DNA of 59,485 nucleotides from a virus: IMG/VR virus record IMGVR_UViG_3300000838_000001; one strand, 5' to 3'. Shown piece by piece: positions 8,741 to 17,584 of this stretch (position 1 is its first letter; each line of letters starts with the position of its first letter). The notes under the pieces were generated by a model. It saw only the letters and a program-made list of their open reading frames with translations, ran no database searches and was not told where the DNA came from. The position numbers and the translations under genes were made by a program.

Positions 8741-9604
8741 CTAGGGCGTTACAGAATCAGCTACAGTTAATTTAGCAAGTTTAGAGCTATCACGTAAGTA
8801 AGTTACATAATGAACATCTGCTCCAATGCGGAACCCACGAACATTCATAGCTCGACCAGATTCAACTTGTACATGTCGTTTATAAGCAATTGCAAAAGCT
8901 CCTTGACGAACTAAGTACGCCTCATCATCTGTTAAACGGTCTGATACAACAATATTTAACCCCATTACATGTCCAACATGACCTGTCATAAACGCTTGAC
9001 CTTGCATTACGGCAACGAACTCTGGCATAGCTAATATTTTACCGTAATTAGTAGAATTGATTAAAAGTACTGTTGCTTCTTCTAAATCTTCACCAAATGC
9101 TACTTTTAATTTTGCTAATGAAGCTTGTGTAAAGTCTAACTCACCGTTTAAAATAGTTACCTGTGGAGTAGTTGTGGCACCTCTAAATAATGTAACGATA
9201 TCATTATCAATTTTATCCGCAATAGAGATAGCTAATTGTCGTGTTCCCTCTGATAATACAGCTCCATTAGATGCTAAAATAGATTCATCTGAGAAACCTA
9301 AATCTTTTACAGCTTTCTTTACAGTGGCTTGTAAAGTGTCCATATCAACGTTTCCAACTGGAACTTGGTCTAATTCATCAATAGTTTGAGCCATACCAAT
9401 ATATTTATAAAATGGATGTGTAATCGTCATACCAGCTTGTCCAACTAAAGTATTGTCAATTTCTGCTAATGGTGCTAATTTAACTAATTTAATTAATTTT
9501 TGTGAGATAAAATCTCCAATTACTTGAATATCAATAAAATCTCCAGCAACTGTATAGCTATTTTGTGCTACAGTTGGATTTTCATAACCTGAATTTGAAG
9601 GCAT
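8741..9604 (-). CDS. Major capsid protein (HK97-fold type)
   Basis: 287 aa directly after the scaffold gene. A stem-loop follows at about 8540-8570. Confidence 0.8.
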   Translation of the reverse strand: MPSNSGYENPTVAQNSYTVAGDFIDIQVIGDFISQKLIKLVKLAPLAEIDNTLVGQAGMTITHPFYKYIGMAQTIDELDQVPVGNVDMDTLQATVKKAVKDLGFSDESILASNGAVLSEGTRQLAISIADKIDNDIVTLFRGATTTPQVTILNGELDFTQASLAKLKVAFGEDLEEATVLLINSTNYGKILAMPEFVAVMQGQAFMTGHVGHVMGLNIVVSDRLTDDEAYLVRQGAFAIAYKRHVQVESGRAMNVRGFRIGADVHYVTYLRDSSKLAKLTVADSVTP

Positions 9605-9635
9605 ACATTAATCACTCTTTTCTTATTTTTTATTT

Positions 9636-10331
9636 TTATAATTTACTAACTAATTCACTATATAAAGATGGGTTCTCTCTCTTTAATTGTGTCCTTTGTG
9701 CAATAGTCATCTTATCGAATTCTTCTAGCTGTGAGCTATTAGATTTAGAATTACTAGTTGTTATTTTTGGTGTATGAGATGATTCTTTAAATCTTAATTC
9801 AACACCTTGATTAATTTGTTCTGTAATTAATTCTTTTAATTTAACAGCATTTGCATTAATCTCTTCATTAGATGAGCCAAAAATAAATTCTGTAAATTTA
9901 CTATTAATTTGTTGTTCAGAAATAATATCCCTTTTTACAACTTCTAAATCAGAACGTTGTTTTTCAGCTTTCATATCATTAACTTGTTGTTGTAATGCTC
10001 TAAGCTGTTTGTCTGATTCTGTTTCAGCTGGATATAGTTCATTTACTTTTTCATTAATTAAGCTATCTAAGTTATTTGTTTTCCACGTGTCAAGACTCTT
10101 TGTAAAATGGCTGTCCATCTTAGATTGTAAGATAGGCTTTGCAAAGTCTTTTTCCATAAGTTCTTTTAACATGGATGGATTGTTTTCAATAAATGCTGTA
10201 ACGTTTTCAGCACTTAAATTATTTAAATTATTATCATTACTTGAAATCACCGTTCCTGTAATACCCGTAGCGGAAGTAATTCCACCTGTAATGTTTGAAC
10301 TGCTAATTTGACTTGAATCTATTGTTTGCAT
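9636..10331 (-). CDS. Scaffolding protein
   Basis: 231 aa, Ser/Asn-rich N-terminus then charged helical region. Sits between the MuF-like and capsid genes. Confidence 0.75.
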   Translation of the reverse strand: MQTIDSSQISSSNITGGITSATGITGTVISSNDNNLNNLSAENVTAFIENNPSMLKELMEKDFAKPILQSKMDSHFTKSLDTWKTNNLDSLINEKVNELYPAETESDKQLRALQQQVNDMKAEKQRSDLEVVKRDIISEQQINSKFTEFIFGSSNEEINANAVKLKELITEQINQGVELRFKESSHTPKITTSNSKSNSSQLEEFDKMTIAQRTQLKRENPSLYSELVSKL

Positions 10332-10408
10332 AAAATTTATTCTCCTTTTGCCCTAACTAGTTTTTTAACCCTAGTAGTTCAATTAATATATTTTTATAAA
10401 ATTGATTG

Positions 10409-11269
10409 TTAAATAACTGGAACAACAATACATCTACATTTTGGATGAGCTGGTATGATAAGAAAATCAGCGTTGTATAAACTAGGGTCTTTTTTAATGT
10501 TAAACATAGTTAATTCGTATATTCCGTCTCCATATTTTCCACCAGTTGCTAAATCTCTACATTTATCACAAACCATTGTTAAATAGGAGTTATTATTAAA
10601 TACATCAATTTGTTCAGTAGCATCAAGCCATTGAACTTTTTCTATACCTAATTTGTCATACATAATTAAAAGAGATGTATTAACTACCCTTGAATGTTCT
10701 GACCAAGCACCTTGTAAAATAAAATGTCTGAATAAACTAGAACGTTTCATTACTTGTTTCTTTAATTCATCAAAACTTTTATTTTCTATAATTGAATTTT
10801 GTAATATTACTTGTATATCATTTACAAAATCATTTGACCTAATAGGGATATTAATTAAAGGGTCATAACCATAAGTAGTATTATTTAATACCATAAATTC
10901 TTCAAATTCATTAAAACTAATTTCAGAAATTCTATTTAATACAGCATTAAAAGCAATAGTAGCTTTTTTAACCGTATTCTTAAAGTTTTCATCTAATGAA
11001 CCCTTTAAGAATATTGAGTATTTCTCAGCTAAACTATTGATAGTAAATATAGAATTTGAAACAAATCTTTCTGAAATAATATCCTGATTAATTAATCTAG
11101 TTCTATCGTCATCATTAAAATATTTATACTTCTTAAATAACTTACTAAGATATCTAAGCAATTTAGTTATCTCTTTTTCTATTTGTTTAAAGTTTTTATT
11201 AAAGTCTGAGTTAACCTTAAACATAGTTGAATTCATAAGCTCCTCCAAGCTTTTATCCAAGCTTTGCAT
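10409..11269 (-). CDS. Minor head protein (Mu F / SPP1 gp7 family)
   Basis: C-terminal PAHPKCRCIVVP motif is typical of Mu F-like head morphogenesis proteins. Follows the portal gene. Confidence 0.8.
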   Translation of the reverse strand: MQSLDKSLEELMNSTMFKVNSDFNKNFKQIEKEITKLLRYLSKLFKKYKYFNDDDRTRLINQDIISERFVSNSIFTINSLAEKYSIFLKGSLDENFKNTVKKATIAFNAVLNRISEISFNEFEEFMVLNNTTYGYDPLINIPIRSNDFVNDIQVILQNSIIENKSFDELKKQVMKRSSLFRHFILQGAWSEHSRVVNTSLLIMYDKLGIEKVQWLDATEQIDVFNNNSYLTMVCDKCRDLATGGKYGDGIYELTMFNIKKDPSLYNADFLIIPAHPKCRCIVVPVI

Positions 11270-11271
11270 TA

Positions 11272-12705
11272 TTAATCCTCACTAACTTTCATTCTTTGTA
11301 AATTATATTCATTCATTCCATCATAAGATTGTTCCTCAGTTAAATTATCTATAGTTGAACCCTTTGGAAACATTTCCATTTCCATTTCTTGTTTCATTTG
11401 TTCTAGCTTTTCCTCTTCTAATAATTTAGATTCTCTTTCTAAATCAGCAATAAAAGATAACTGTGAACGCAATGTTTCATCACTTACTACCCCTCTTAAT
11501 TTAACGATTATATCGGCCAATTCAACAAGGTTTGATGGGATATTTCTTACAAAAACTGCTGTTACCTCTTCTGGCAAACTAGCTATTTCATTAATATTTC
11601 CATTTTTAGCTACCATAGTTTTAACAAGAAGTTCAATACGTTTCTTTAATGCTAATTTAAATTTACATTCTCTAATAAATGTTTTTGTCTCTAAACCGAT
11701 CATTTTATATTTTATAGCTGTTCCACTTAGGTTAGATGCAAATGACTCATCAGATAGATTAGGACATGCACTAAATTTATGAATATCTTCGGTAAGTCTT
11801 TGTTTAACATTATTTACATGGGTATCATTAACATTTTTAGTGATAAATTTAGCATCACCACTTCCATCAACAAGAATAACCCTATTATTCTTCATTTCAA
11901 TAATATCCTCATGTTCTGTTCCCATCATATCTCTTAACATTAAATAAGAATCATTCCAATAAGATATATCATTAATTGAGTCTGAAACAGCACTATCATA
12001 AGCATCTATCATAGAAATAACATTTTCAAAATCACCTTGACGTTCATCGTTTGCTAGAAATTCAATAACTGGAACTTGTCCAAATTTATGGGGTTTAACT
12101 TCACTAATTTCAAATGATTTTCCTATCTCTTTTTTATAGGAAGTAATTTCAGAATCTGTATAAACATCTATTAAAAATATATCAGTATTTGTTTTAAAAT
12201 CTTGTACAATAGCTACGTTAATAGCTACTAGCATTATCGCATCATCTTTAGCTGAATATATCGCTAAAACGTCTTTAGGAGTCCTGTATTTGAATCTATG
12301 ATTACCATTTTTATCTATATAATGTATTTCAAAAGCGTGTCCGTAAATGGATGAAATTTTTCCAAGTTCTACATCAATATTTTGAACATTATTTAGATTT
12401 AATTCTTTTTTAAGTAATTCTAATCCTTGTTCATTCATTGATGTATATGTAATTGGTTTTCCTAAAAAATAATTTGTAGTATTATCAACTATATTTTTTC
12501 CATAATTATTAACCACTTTATTGTTTATCTTATCTGATTCCATACGTCTATTTAAAATACTTTGTTTACCAATATAATAATCATACAATAAATTATATTG
12601 AGTACGTCTTTCAAGAAATAAATCAACTATACTTAATACATCACCCATTTCAAAATCATCGTTTAAAAAATACTGTCTAGGAAACCAGTTTGTATACGGA
12701 TTCAT
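11272..12705 (-). CDS. Portal protein (SPP1 gp6-like)
   Basis: 477 aa immediately downstream of terL. Acidic C-terminal tail. Confidence 0.85.
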   Translation of the reverse strand: MNPYTNWFPRQYFLNDDFEMGDVLSIVDLFLERRTQYNLLYDYYIGKQSILNRRMESDKINNKVVNNYGKNIVDNTTNYFLGKPITYTSMNEQGLELLKKELNLNNVQNIDVELGKISSIYGHAFEIHYIDKNGNHRFKYRTPKDVLAIYSAKDDAIMLVAINVAIVQDFKTNTDIFLIDVYTDSEITSYKKEIGKSFEISEVKPHKFGQVPVIEFLANDERQGDFENVISMIDAYDSAVSDSINDISYWNDSYLMLRDMMGTEHEDIIEMKNNRVILVDGSGDAKFITKNVNDTHVNNVKQRLTEDIHKFSACPNLSDESFASNLSGTAIKYKMIGLETKTFIRECKFKLALKKRIELLVKTMVAKNGNINEIASLPEEVTAVFVRNIPSNLVELADIIVKLRGVVSDETLRSQLSFIADLERESKLLEEEKLEQMKQEMEMEMFPKGSTIDNLTEEQSYDGMNEYNLQRMKVSED

Positions 12706-12772
12706 ATCATTCTCCTTTCTATAAATTTGTTAGCAAACTACAATAGCGAGTGCTAATAATATCTTAAAAAAA

Positions 12773-14062
12773 TTAAAATCCAAATAATCGTTTATTCATA
12801 GTTTTAACTCTACCTTTTCTAATTTTACTTTCTAAGGCATACCTAAGAGCATCCATAATATGATTATAAGTTTGACTGGGAACATTTTTATATTCACCAG
12901 TTTTTTTATCTTGTAACCAACAATAGTTAGAAAGCTCCAGAAGCGTGTTAGGGCATCTTGGATGGACTAAAATCTTATATTCTTGTATATAGGCTATACC
13001 ATGTGCTACTGAGTCTCTTCCTTTACGAGAACCTTTAATATTTCTAATTCCCTCTTTTCTAAGTTGTTCATTAGATTTTGGTTCTGCACTATCAGCTGTT
13101 ATTAATTCTTTTGAATAACCTCTTTTAAATATCCAATCAGAAATATCAGTATTAAGCATTGATTTTTCATAAAGTTCATCTGCTATATAAAGTATTTTAT
13201 TTTCATCATCACAGTAGACTTTTACAAAGCTTGTAGGGTCATTTGTATATCCATAATCTAATCCAAAATAACAAGTAATTCCAGATTTTCTTAAAGCATA
13301 CTCATCAAACTCAAACTCTTCATAATTTTCATAAATTGTTTTAGATAAACTAGCAAATTGGCCTAAAGCATAAATAAGATATTTTCTATAGTTATTTGTT
13401 TTCATGTCTTCAAGAAACTCTACATATTCTGGTGGTAAGAACTTATTGCCCATATAATAAGAATGATGGATAATACAATTTCTTGGACTATCACCCTCAA
13501 AAAATGTAGGGAATACCCAATTATCTTTACCTATTGGATTAAATAAAACGATAAGCTGATTAAATCCAGCCCTCCTATTACGAATACGCAAATGTAGCTG
13601 GTCATACTTCTCTTTTGTTATTTCAGTCGCCTCGTCAACAATTATGTCTGTAAGCCCCTCTAATGACTTAATTTTCTCTTCATCATCATATCCTTTAAAT
13701 AATATCTCACTACCATTTGGTAATGTTATCATCATAAAGGTTTCTCGAATATCAGACACATGAGATATCTTCCATTCTGATAATACTTTTTTAAATTCTG
13801 CAAAAACTGAGTCACGTACTGTTGCTAATACATTTCTTAAAACAAGTACTTTACGATTATCCATTGTACAACATTTTAAGATAGTTCTTTGAGCTACAAA
13901 TTTTGACTTGCCACTTCCTCCTCCACCATAAAAAACTAATGTTCTTGTTCTATACTCAGTCAATAAATCGTATTCTTTATCATTAAAAGTATATTTTAAA
14001 AATGACTCATTAAATATTTTTGATTTAGGAGGTAATTTTAATTGTATTGGAATAGTTATCAC
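12773..14062 (-). CDS. terL: Terminase large subunit
   Basis: Walker A YGGGGSGKSKF, Walker B-like IIVDEATE, and a C-terminal nuclease domain. The true start may be ATT 14053, because the listed GTG lies inside the SD AGAGGTGA. Confidence 0.9.
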   Translation of the reverse strand: MITIPIQLKLPPKSKIFNESFLKYTFNDKEYDLLTEYRTRTLVFYGGGGSGKSKFVAQRTILKCCTMDNRKVLVLRNVLATVRDSVFAEFKKVLSEWKISHVSDIRETFMMITLPNGSEILFKGYDDEEKIKSLEGLTDIIVDEATEITKEKYDQLHLRIRNRRAGFNQLIVLFNPIGKDNWVFPTFFEGDSPRNCIIHHSYYMGNKFLPPEYVEFLEDMKTNNYRKYLIYALGQFASLSKTIYENYEEFEFDEYALRKSGITCYFGLDYGYTNDPTSFVKVYCDDENKILYIADELYEKSMLNTDISDWIFKRGYSKELITADSAEPKSNEQLRKEGIRNIKGSRKGRDSVAHGIAYIQEYKILVHPRCPNTLLELSNYCWLQDKKTGEYKNVPSQTYNHIMDALRYALESKIRKGRVKTMNKRLFGF

Positions 14063-14066
14063 CTCT

Positions 14067-14135
14067 AATAAATGTAATAAAAAAGTTAAACTAATGTGGA
14101 GGAGTCACTAGTTTAACTTTTTTATTACATTTATT
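14067..14135. repeat. 27-bp perfect inverted repeat (15-nt loop) between terS and terL
   Basis: 14067-14093 is the exact reverse complement of 14109-14135. A/T tracts lie inside the arms. Confidence 0.9.
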
Positions 14136-14148
14136 GGGGTATTTTTAA

Positions 14149-14631
14149 TTATTCTATTCCAAATTCTTCTGCTAACTCATCCTCTGAAAGTTCTTCTTCA
14201 AATGTAACAGTAATAACTTGTGTAGCATTCACATCAATTTTTTCTGTATAGCTTCCATAATGTTTACCAATTAATTCTAGTGATTTAACTGAGTCTCTAA
14301 TGTCTGGACGCTTCTTAACAATTTCACCCGCTGGTGTTACAACCTCTGTTACAATATCACCACGTGCGATAGAACTTAGTATTTCTAAATGTTCTTGTTC
14401 ACTCATTACTTTATCCGTTCTACATGTGTCTATAAACCACGCTATGTAAGCATTAATATCATCTCTTGATTTAAGTAAATAACTATATCTTCTATTATAT
14501 CCAGCTTTTTCACCAGCAATAGCCCAAACTCTGCAAATAGCGAATTCCTCACAAAATAGTTTTTGTTTGTCATTTAATTTTGTTAAGTCTACTCCATTAT
14601 ATGTATCTGGTGTTTTTATTGAAAATTCCAT
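14149..14631 (-). CDS. terS: Terminase small subunit
   Basis: KQKLFCEEF..AGEKAGY and KSLELIGKHYG resemble Terminase_2 small subunits. Sits upstream of terL. Confidence 0.8.
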   Translation of the reverse strand: MEFSIKTPDTYNGVDLTKLNDKQKLFCEEFAICRVWAIAGEKAGYNRRYSYLLKSRDDINAYIAWFIDTCRTDKVMSEQEHLEILSSIARGDIVTEVVTPAGEIVKKRPDIRDSVKSLELIGKHYGSYTEKIDVNATQVITVTFEEELSEDELAEEFGIE

Positions 14632-14833
14632 TATATTAGTTCACCTACTTTATGGTTAAATTTATTCATACATATAACCATGTGACTTATACTATATGTA
14701 AACAATATACAAAAAATTCTTTACAAATAATAAAAAGATGTAAATATGACTCTGTCCATTTTTTTATTTATCAGTTTAACAATATTTTATCTTTTAATCT
14801 TTTTATTATTAGTTATTTATATATTACTTATAA

Positions 14834-14861
14834 TAATATTACATATATATATGTAATATTA
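14834..14861. repeat. 28-nt perfect AT-rich palindrome upstream of terS
   Basis: TAATATTACATATATATATGTAATATTA is its own reverse complement. Confidence 0.9.
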
Positions 14862-14980
14862 AAGATACTTGTAATATTTTATTCTAGTATATTAGTACAC
14901 GTAAGTTATCTACAATATATTTAAACGTCTTAGATGACCTATTGTAAGGCATACTTCTCCCTTAGTAGCTTTAAAAATAG

Positions 14981-15020
14981 ATTAAAAATAAAAAAGTTAT
15001 CTCAAATTAATGAAATAACT
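14981..15020 (-). terminator. Intrinsic terminator (minus strand)
   Basis: Minus-strand hairpin AGUUAUUUCA-UUAAUU-UGAGAUAACU is followed by UUUUUUAUUUUU. Confidence 0.7.
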
Positions 15021-15530
15021 CTTATCGTAAGTCTATACTATGTAACCCTAAAATGTACCGTTCATTGCCCATACAAGTTAGTTCTATTCGGTTCTCCTTA
15101 GAGATTTTCCTTTAAGTTAGATAAATATCACTATGTTATCCATGCTTTATAAAACTGTGTAATTACATCCCACAAATTAATGTCGAACTGCCGTCCTATA
15201 ACTTTATATCAATAGCTTTTATACGCCTACTGTTAACGACTCCCTTTTTTAGATATACAACATAATCTCATTTCACAACGATATTAGTGGTTGGTGAACG
15301 AACTTCACATCACGCTTTATTTTGAGTTTAGGAAAACATGCTAAAAAAGGGATAGAGCCTTACTTTTAGCAACCATAGGTCTAAATTTGATAAAACACCT
15401 AAGGGCTATTACGAATCTCATTTCAAGCCAGTTTACTTTGGCGAGATTACACCACATGCTTTGCTATTAGGATCCTAACCGTACTGGATAAGTTAGGCTT
15501 TATAAGCGTATTAAATTATATGATTTTATT
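15021..15530 (-). ncRNA. Candidate large structured non-coding RNA (class unknown; strand tentative)
   Basis: No ORF in any frame. Visibly higher G+C than its surroundings. Bracketed by two minus-strand terminators. Long-range perfect 11-nt pairing 15242-15252 with 15341-15351, plus nested helices. Confidence 0.4.
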
Positions 15531-15587
15531 AATAAAAATAAAAAGAGTCCACTATCACAATTTTAAAAAACTGTGGATAATAGACTC
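15531..15587 (-). terminator. Intrinsic terminator (minus strand)
   Basis: About 15-bp hairpin 15545-15587 (one bulge, two G-U pairs) followed on the minus strand by UUUUUAUUUUUAUU. Confidence 0.65.
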
Positions 15588-15634
15588 CATAATATGGTAT
15601 ACTTGAAAATTAATAAAAAATTTCCTAAAAGTGC

Positions 15635-15663
15635 TTGTATTCTTAACCAAAATGTCATATAAT
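15635..15663 (+). promoter_or_regulatory. Sigma-A-type promoter (TTGTAT-17-TATAAT)
   Basis: TTGTAT 15635-15640, 17-nt spacer, TATAAT 15658-15663. No downstream ORF before the terminator at 15826. Confidence 0.5.
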
Positions 15664-15710
15664 AAATCTTGTCGAGGGATTTAGTATTTGTTTTTTGGTT
15701 AAGAATACAA
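15635..15710. repeat. 18-bp perfect inverted repeat with 40-nt loop
   Basis: 15635-15652 TTGTATTCTTAACCAAAA is the reverse complement of 15693-15710. The left arm overlaps the -35 of the plus-strand promoter. Confidence 0.9.
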
Positions 15711-15745
15711 AGTCTATTAATATTAAGTTTTATCGTATAAATTTA

Positions 15746-15798
15746 GTTGGTAGCTAATTTATACAAGTTGAGTTATTATTGGTTGGTAGCTAATTTAT
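15746..15798. repeat. Two 17-nt direct repeats GTTGGTAGCTAATTTAT
   Basis: Exact copies at 15746-15762 and 15782-15798. Confidence 0.9.
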
Positions 15799-15825
15799 TA
15801 ATTTCAACTTTAATTAAACGAGTTA

Positions 15826-15852
15826 AGACTTCCTTTTTAGGAGGTCTTTTTT
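15826..15852 (+). terminator. Intrinsic terminator (plus strand)
   Basis: AGACTTCCT-TTTT-AGGAGGTCT hairpin (one G-U pair) followed by a T6 run. Confidence 0.65.
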
Positions 15853-15877
15853 CATACCTACTTGTTTATCTTTTTTT

Positions 15878-15906
15878 ATTATACATTATTTTTTAAAATA
15901 ATACAA
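15878..15906 (-). promoter_or_regulatory. Sigma-A-type promoter with extended -10 (TTGTAT-17-TGTATAAT), minus strand
   Basis: -35 at 15906-15901 and -10 at 15883-15878. Points into the plus-strand transcription unit. Confidence 0.5.
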
Positions 15907-15984
15907 CTATTTTTAAATAATATTTTTACAAACTTATTTAACGTTATATCAAATTAAGCTCTTTTATTGAAATATTTGCTTATT

Positions 15985-16013
15985 TTTATATATTTAATAA
16001 AAGATATTGTCAA
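15985..16013 (-). promoter_or_regulatory. Sigma-A-type promoter (TTGACA-17-TATAAA), minus strand
   Basis: Consensus -35 at 16013-16008, -10 at 15990-15985. Lies just downstream of the parR terminator. Confidence 0.5.
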
Positions 16014-16020
16014 ATTAAAT

Positions 16021-16057
16021 AGAAAAAAGAGATAAAGTATTTTTACTAAATCTCTTT
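16021..16057 (-). terminator. Intrinsic terminator after parR
   Basis: AAAGAGAT...ATCTCTTT hairpin followed by a U-rich tract on the minus strand. Confidence 0.6.
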
Positions 16058-16082
16058 TATTTTTGTATTTATGACAAATATT

Positions 16083-16385
16083 TTACTTATCAAATGAAAA
16101 GAAAGAATTTAATACATTATTTGCAAATTCATATTCGACTTCTTTTTTCTCTTCTTTTTCAATATTTTCAATTTTTATTGAACCACTTTGTAACTTAAAT
16201 AGTATATCTTGCATTTGTTTAAATACTTCTTTAGGAACTGGAATTAACCCATTCATATCATTTTCAATAAGAGTAACAATATATTCTGATTTATTTTTCT
16301 GTTTAATATAGTAGTCCATAATTTCAATTTTATCTTCTTTAAAATATATTTTCTTAGTTCTTTCAGAAGCTGTTAATTTAGGCAT
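16083..16385 (-). CDS. parR: ParR-like centromere-binding adaptor (putative RHH protein)
   Basis: 100-aa gene immediately downstream of parM. N-terminal KKIYFKEDKIEIMDYY fits a beta-strand-helix (RHH-like) start. Confidence 0.55.
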   Translation of the reverse strand: MPKLTASERTKKIYFKEDKIEIMDYYIKQKNKSEYIVTLIENDMNGLIPVPKEVFKQMQDILFKLQSGSIKIENIEKEEKKEVEYEFANNVLNSFFSFDK

Positions 16386-16401
16386 GACTTCACCCCTATT
16401 T

Positions 16402-17343
16402 TTATTTTAGTAGACTTAGTGACCCAATAGCATCAGCAAACAATGGGTCATTATCTGTTATTGTAGTATTTTGTTTAAATGTTCTTTTAATTTGTTCTTG
16501 AAGTAATAAAGCACCACCACCAGCAATTATTGTGTCAGTTATATCAAACCTAATTTCTCTGTCGTGTGCTACAGAACGTACCTTTTTTAGATATTCTACT
16601 GCTAACTTTTCAGATATTTCATAATCATGTTCTTTCATGTGTCTCTTAGTTCTTGAAATCAATCTTTCAATAATATCTCTATCATACATTTCATAATTTT
16701 TAGAGTATAGTTCTTTTCTAATTTCATCAACTAAATATAATGTCCCGTATTCATCGATAGTAGTTTGTAAAGATATTGGTTGCATTGCTTCTGTAAAGGT
16801 AATTATACTCCAATGTATTGAACCTAACATTAAGACAGATACTTTTTCTTTACCAAATTTATCATAATTCTTTAAAGCAATTCCTAATCCCTCTGGATAA
16901 AGATTAATTCTAAGATTAAAGAATTTCTTATGTCCATCTACCTCAATCTCTAAAAAGTCTCTTTCATAAAGTTGTTTCATTTTATAATGTTCATTTTTAT
17001 CAACAAATAAGTTAAATGGAATATTTAATGAAATTTCAACTGTTTCAACATTATCATAATTAGCTTGCTCTAATACTTTAAATATAGCTGTTAAAACACT
17101 GACTCTATGAATGTTATTAGCTTTATCAGGTGATTGTTCTGGAGACTTTCTTTCTTTATATTCTCCAACAACATATTCTTTATTATCAACTTTTGTTTTA
17201 TATGTTTCATTACTTAAAACTAATCCATCTAATGCTTCTCTGATTGATGTTGGTATACAAACTTTAATTATTTCGCCATTTGGTAGTCTATGAACTGCTT
17301 TAGTATTTGTTATTCCTGTGTCTACTCCTATTTTTATAATCAT
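16402..17343 (-). CDS. parM: ParM/Alp-type actin-like segregation ATPase
   Basis: Actin-fold motifs IGVDTGITNTK (phosphate 1) and IIAGGGALLL (adenosine). 313 aa. Followed by a small adaptor gene and preceded by a repeat array. Confidence 0.8.
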   Translation of the reverse strand: MIIKIGVDTGITNTKAVHRLPNGEIIKVCIPTSIREALDGLVLSNETYKTKVDNKEYVVGEYKERKSPEQSPDKANNIHRVSVLTAIFKVLEQANYDNVETVEISLNIPFNLFVDKNEHYKMKQLYERDFLEIEVDGHKKFFNLRINLYPEGLGIALKNYDKFGKEKVSVLMLGSIHWSIITFTEAMQPISLQTTIDEYGTLYLVDEIRKELYSKNYEMYDRDIIERLISRTKRHMKEHDYEISEKLAVEYLKKVRSVAHDREIRFDITDTIIAGGGALLLQEQIKRTFKQNTTITDNDPLFADAIGSLSLLK

Positions 17344-17409
17344 CTCTTATAACTCTCCTATTAGTTTATATTAGTGTAAGCATTAACTTAACTAGTACAA
17401 TTTTAACAT

Positions 17410-17584
17410 AACTATGTCCATAAAATCAATTGAATTTTTTCCAATATTTTGAACTATGTCCATAATCTTATAATATTGGTTAAATTATATTGATAATAAG
17501 TGATATAAAGTATGTCCATAGTATCTATAAAAGTTATATTTTGAAATGCTTTCATATAAAACATTAAAAATAGCTATGGCCATA
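17410..17584. repeat. parC-like centromere/operator: four copies of TATG(T/G)CCATA
   Basis: Cores at 17414-17423, 17455-17464, 17511-17520 and 17575-17584. The last (TATGGCCATA) is a perfect palindrome. All lie in the parM upstream region. Confidence 0.65.

Noticed and set aside
9057-10868. Plus-strand ORFs 9057-9389, 9565-9777, 10009-10311 and 10653-10868
   Set aside because: All lie antisense within the capsid, scaffold or MuF genes. None has an SD or a recognisable motif. They are artefacts of stop-poor antisense frames.
14673-14687. Third copy of the 51.2-kb repeat motif, upstream of terS
   Set aside because: Only the 8-mer ATGTGACT plus a TATAA-like stretch with different spacing is shared. 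In 59 kb this is compatible with chance, so it is mentioned only as a weak lead.
14652-14924. 90-aa plus-strand ORF upstream of terS
   Set aside because: The translation is extremely AT-rich and low-complexity (runs of I/Y/N/F). It has no SD and contains the 28-nt palindrome. I treat it as non-coding.
15572-15580. Perfect DnaA-box sequence TGTGGATAA
   Set aside because: It is an isolated single copy forming one arm of a terminator hairpin. There is no cluster of boxes, so it gives no evidence for a DnaA-dependent origin.
17111-17293. 60-aa ORF antisense to parM, and similarly 19267-19500 antisense to the recombinase
   Set aside because: Both are embedded in genes with clear catalytic motifs on the other strand.
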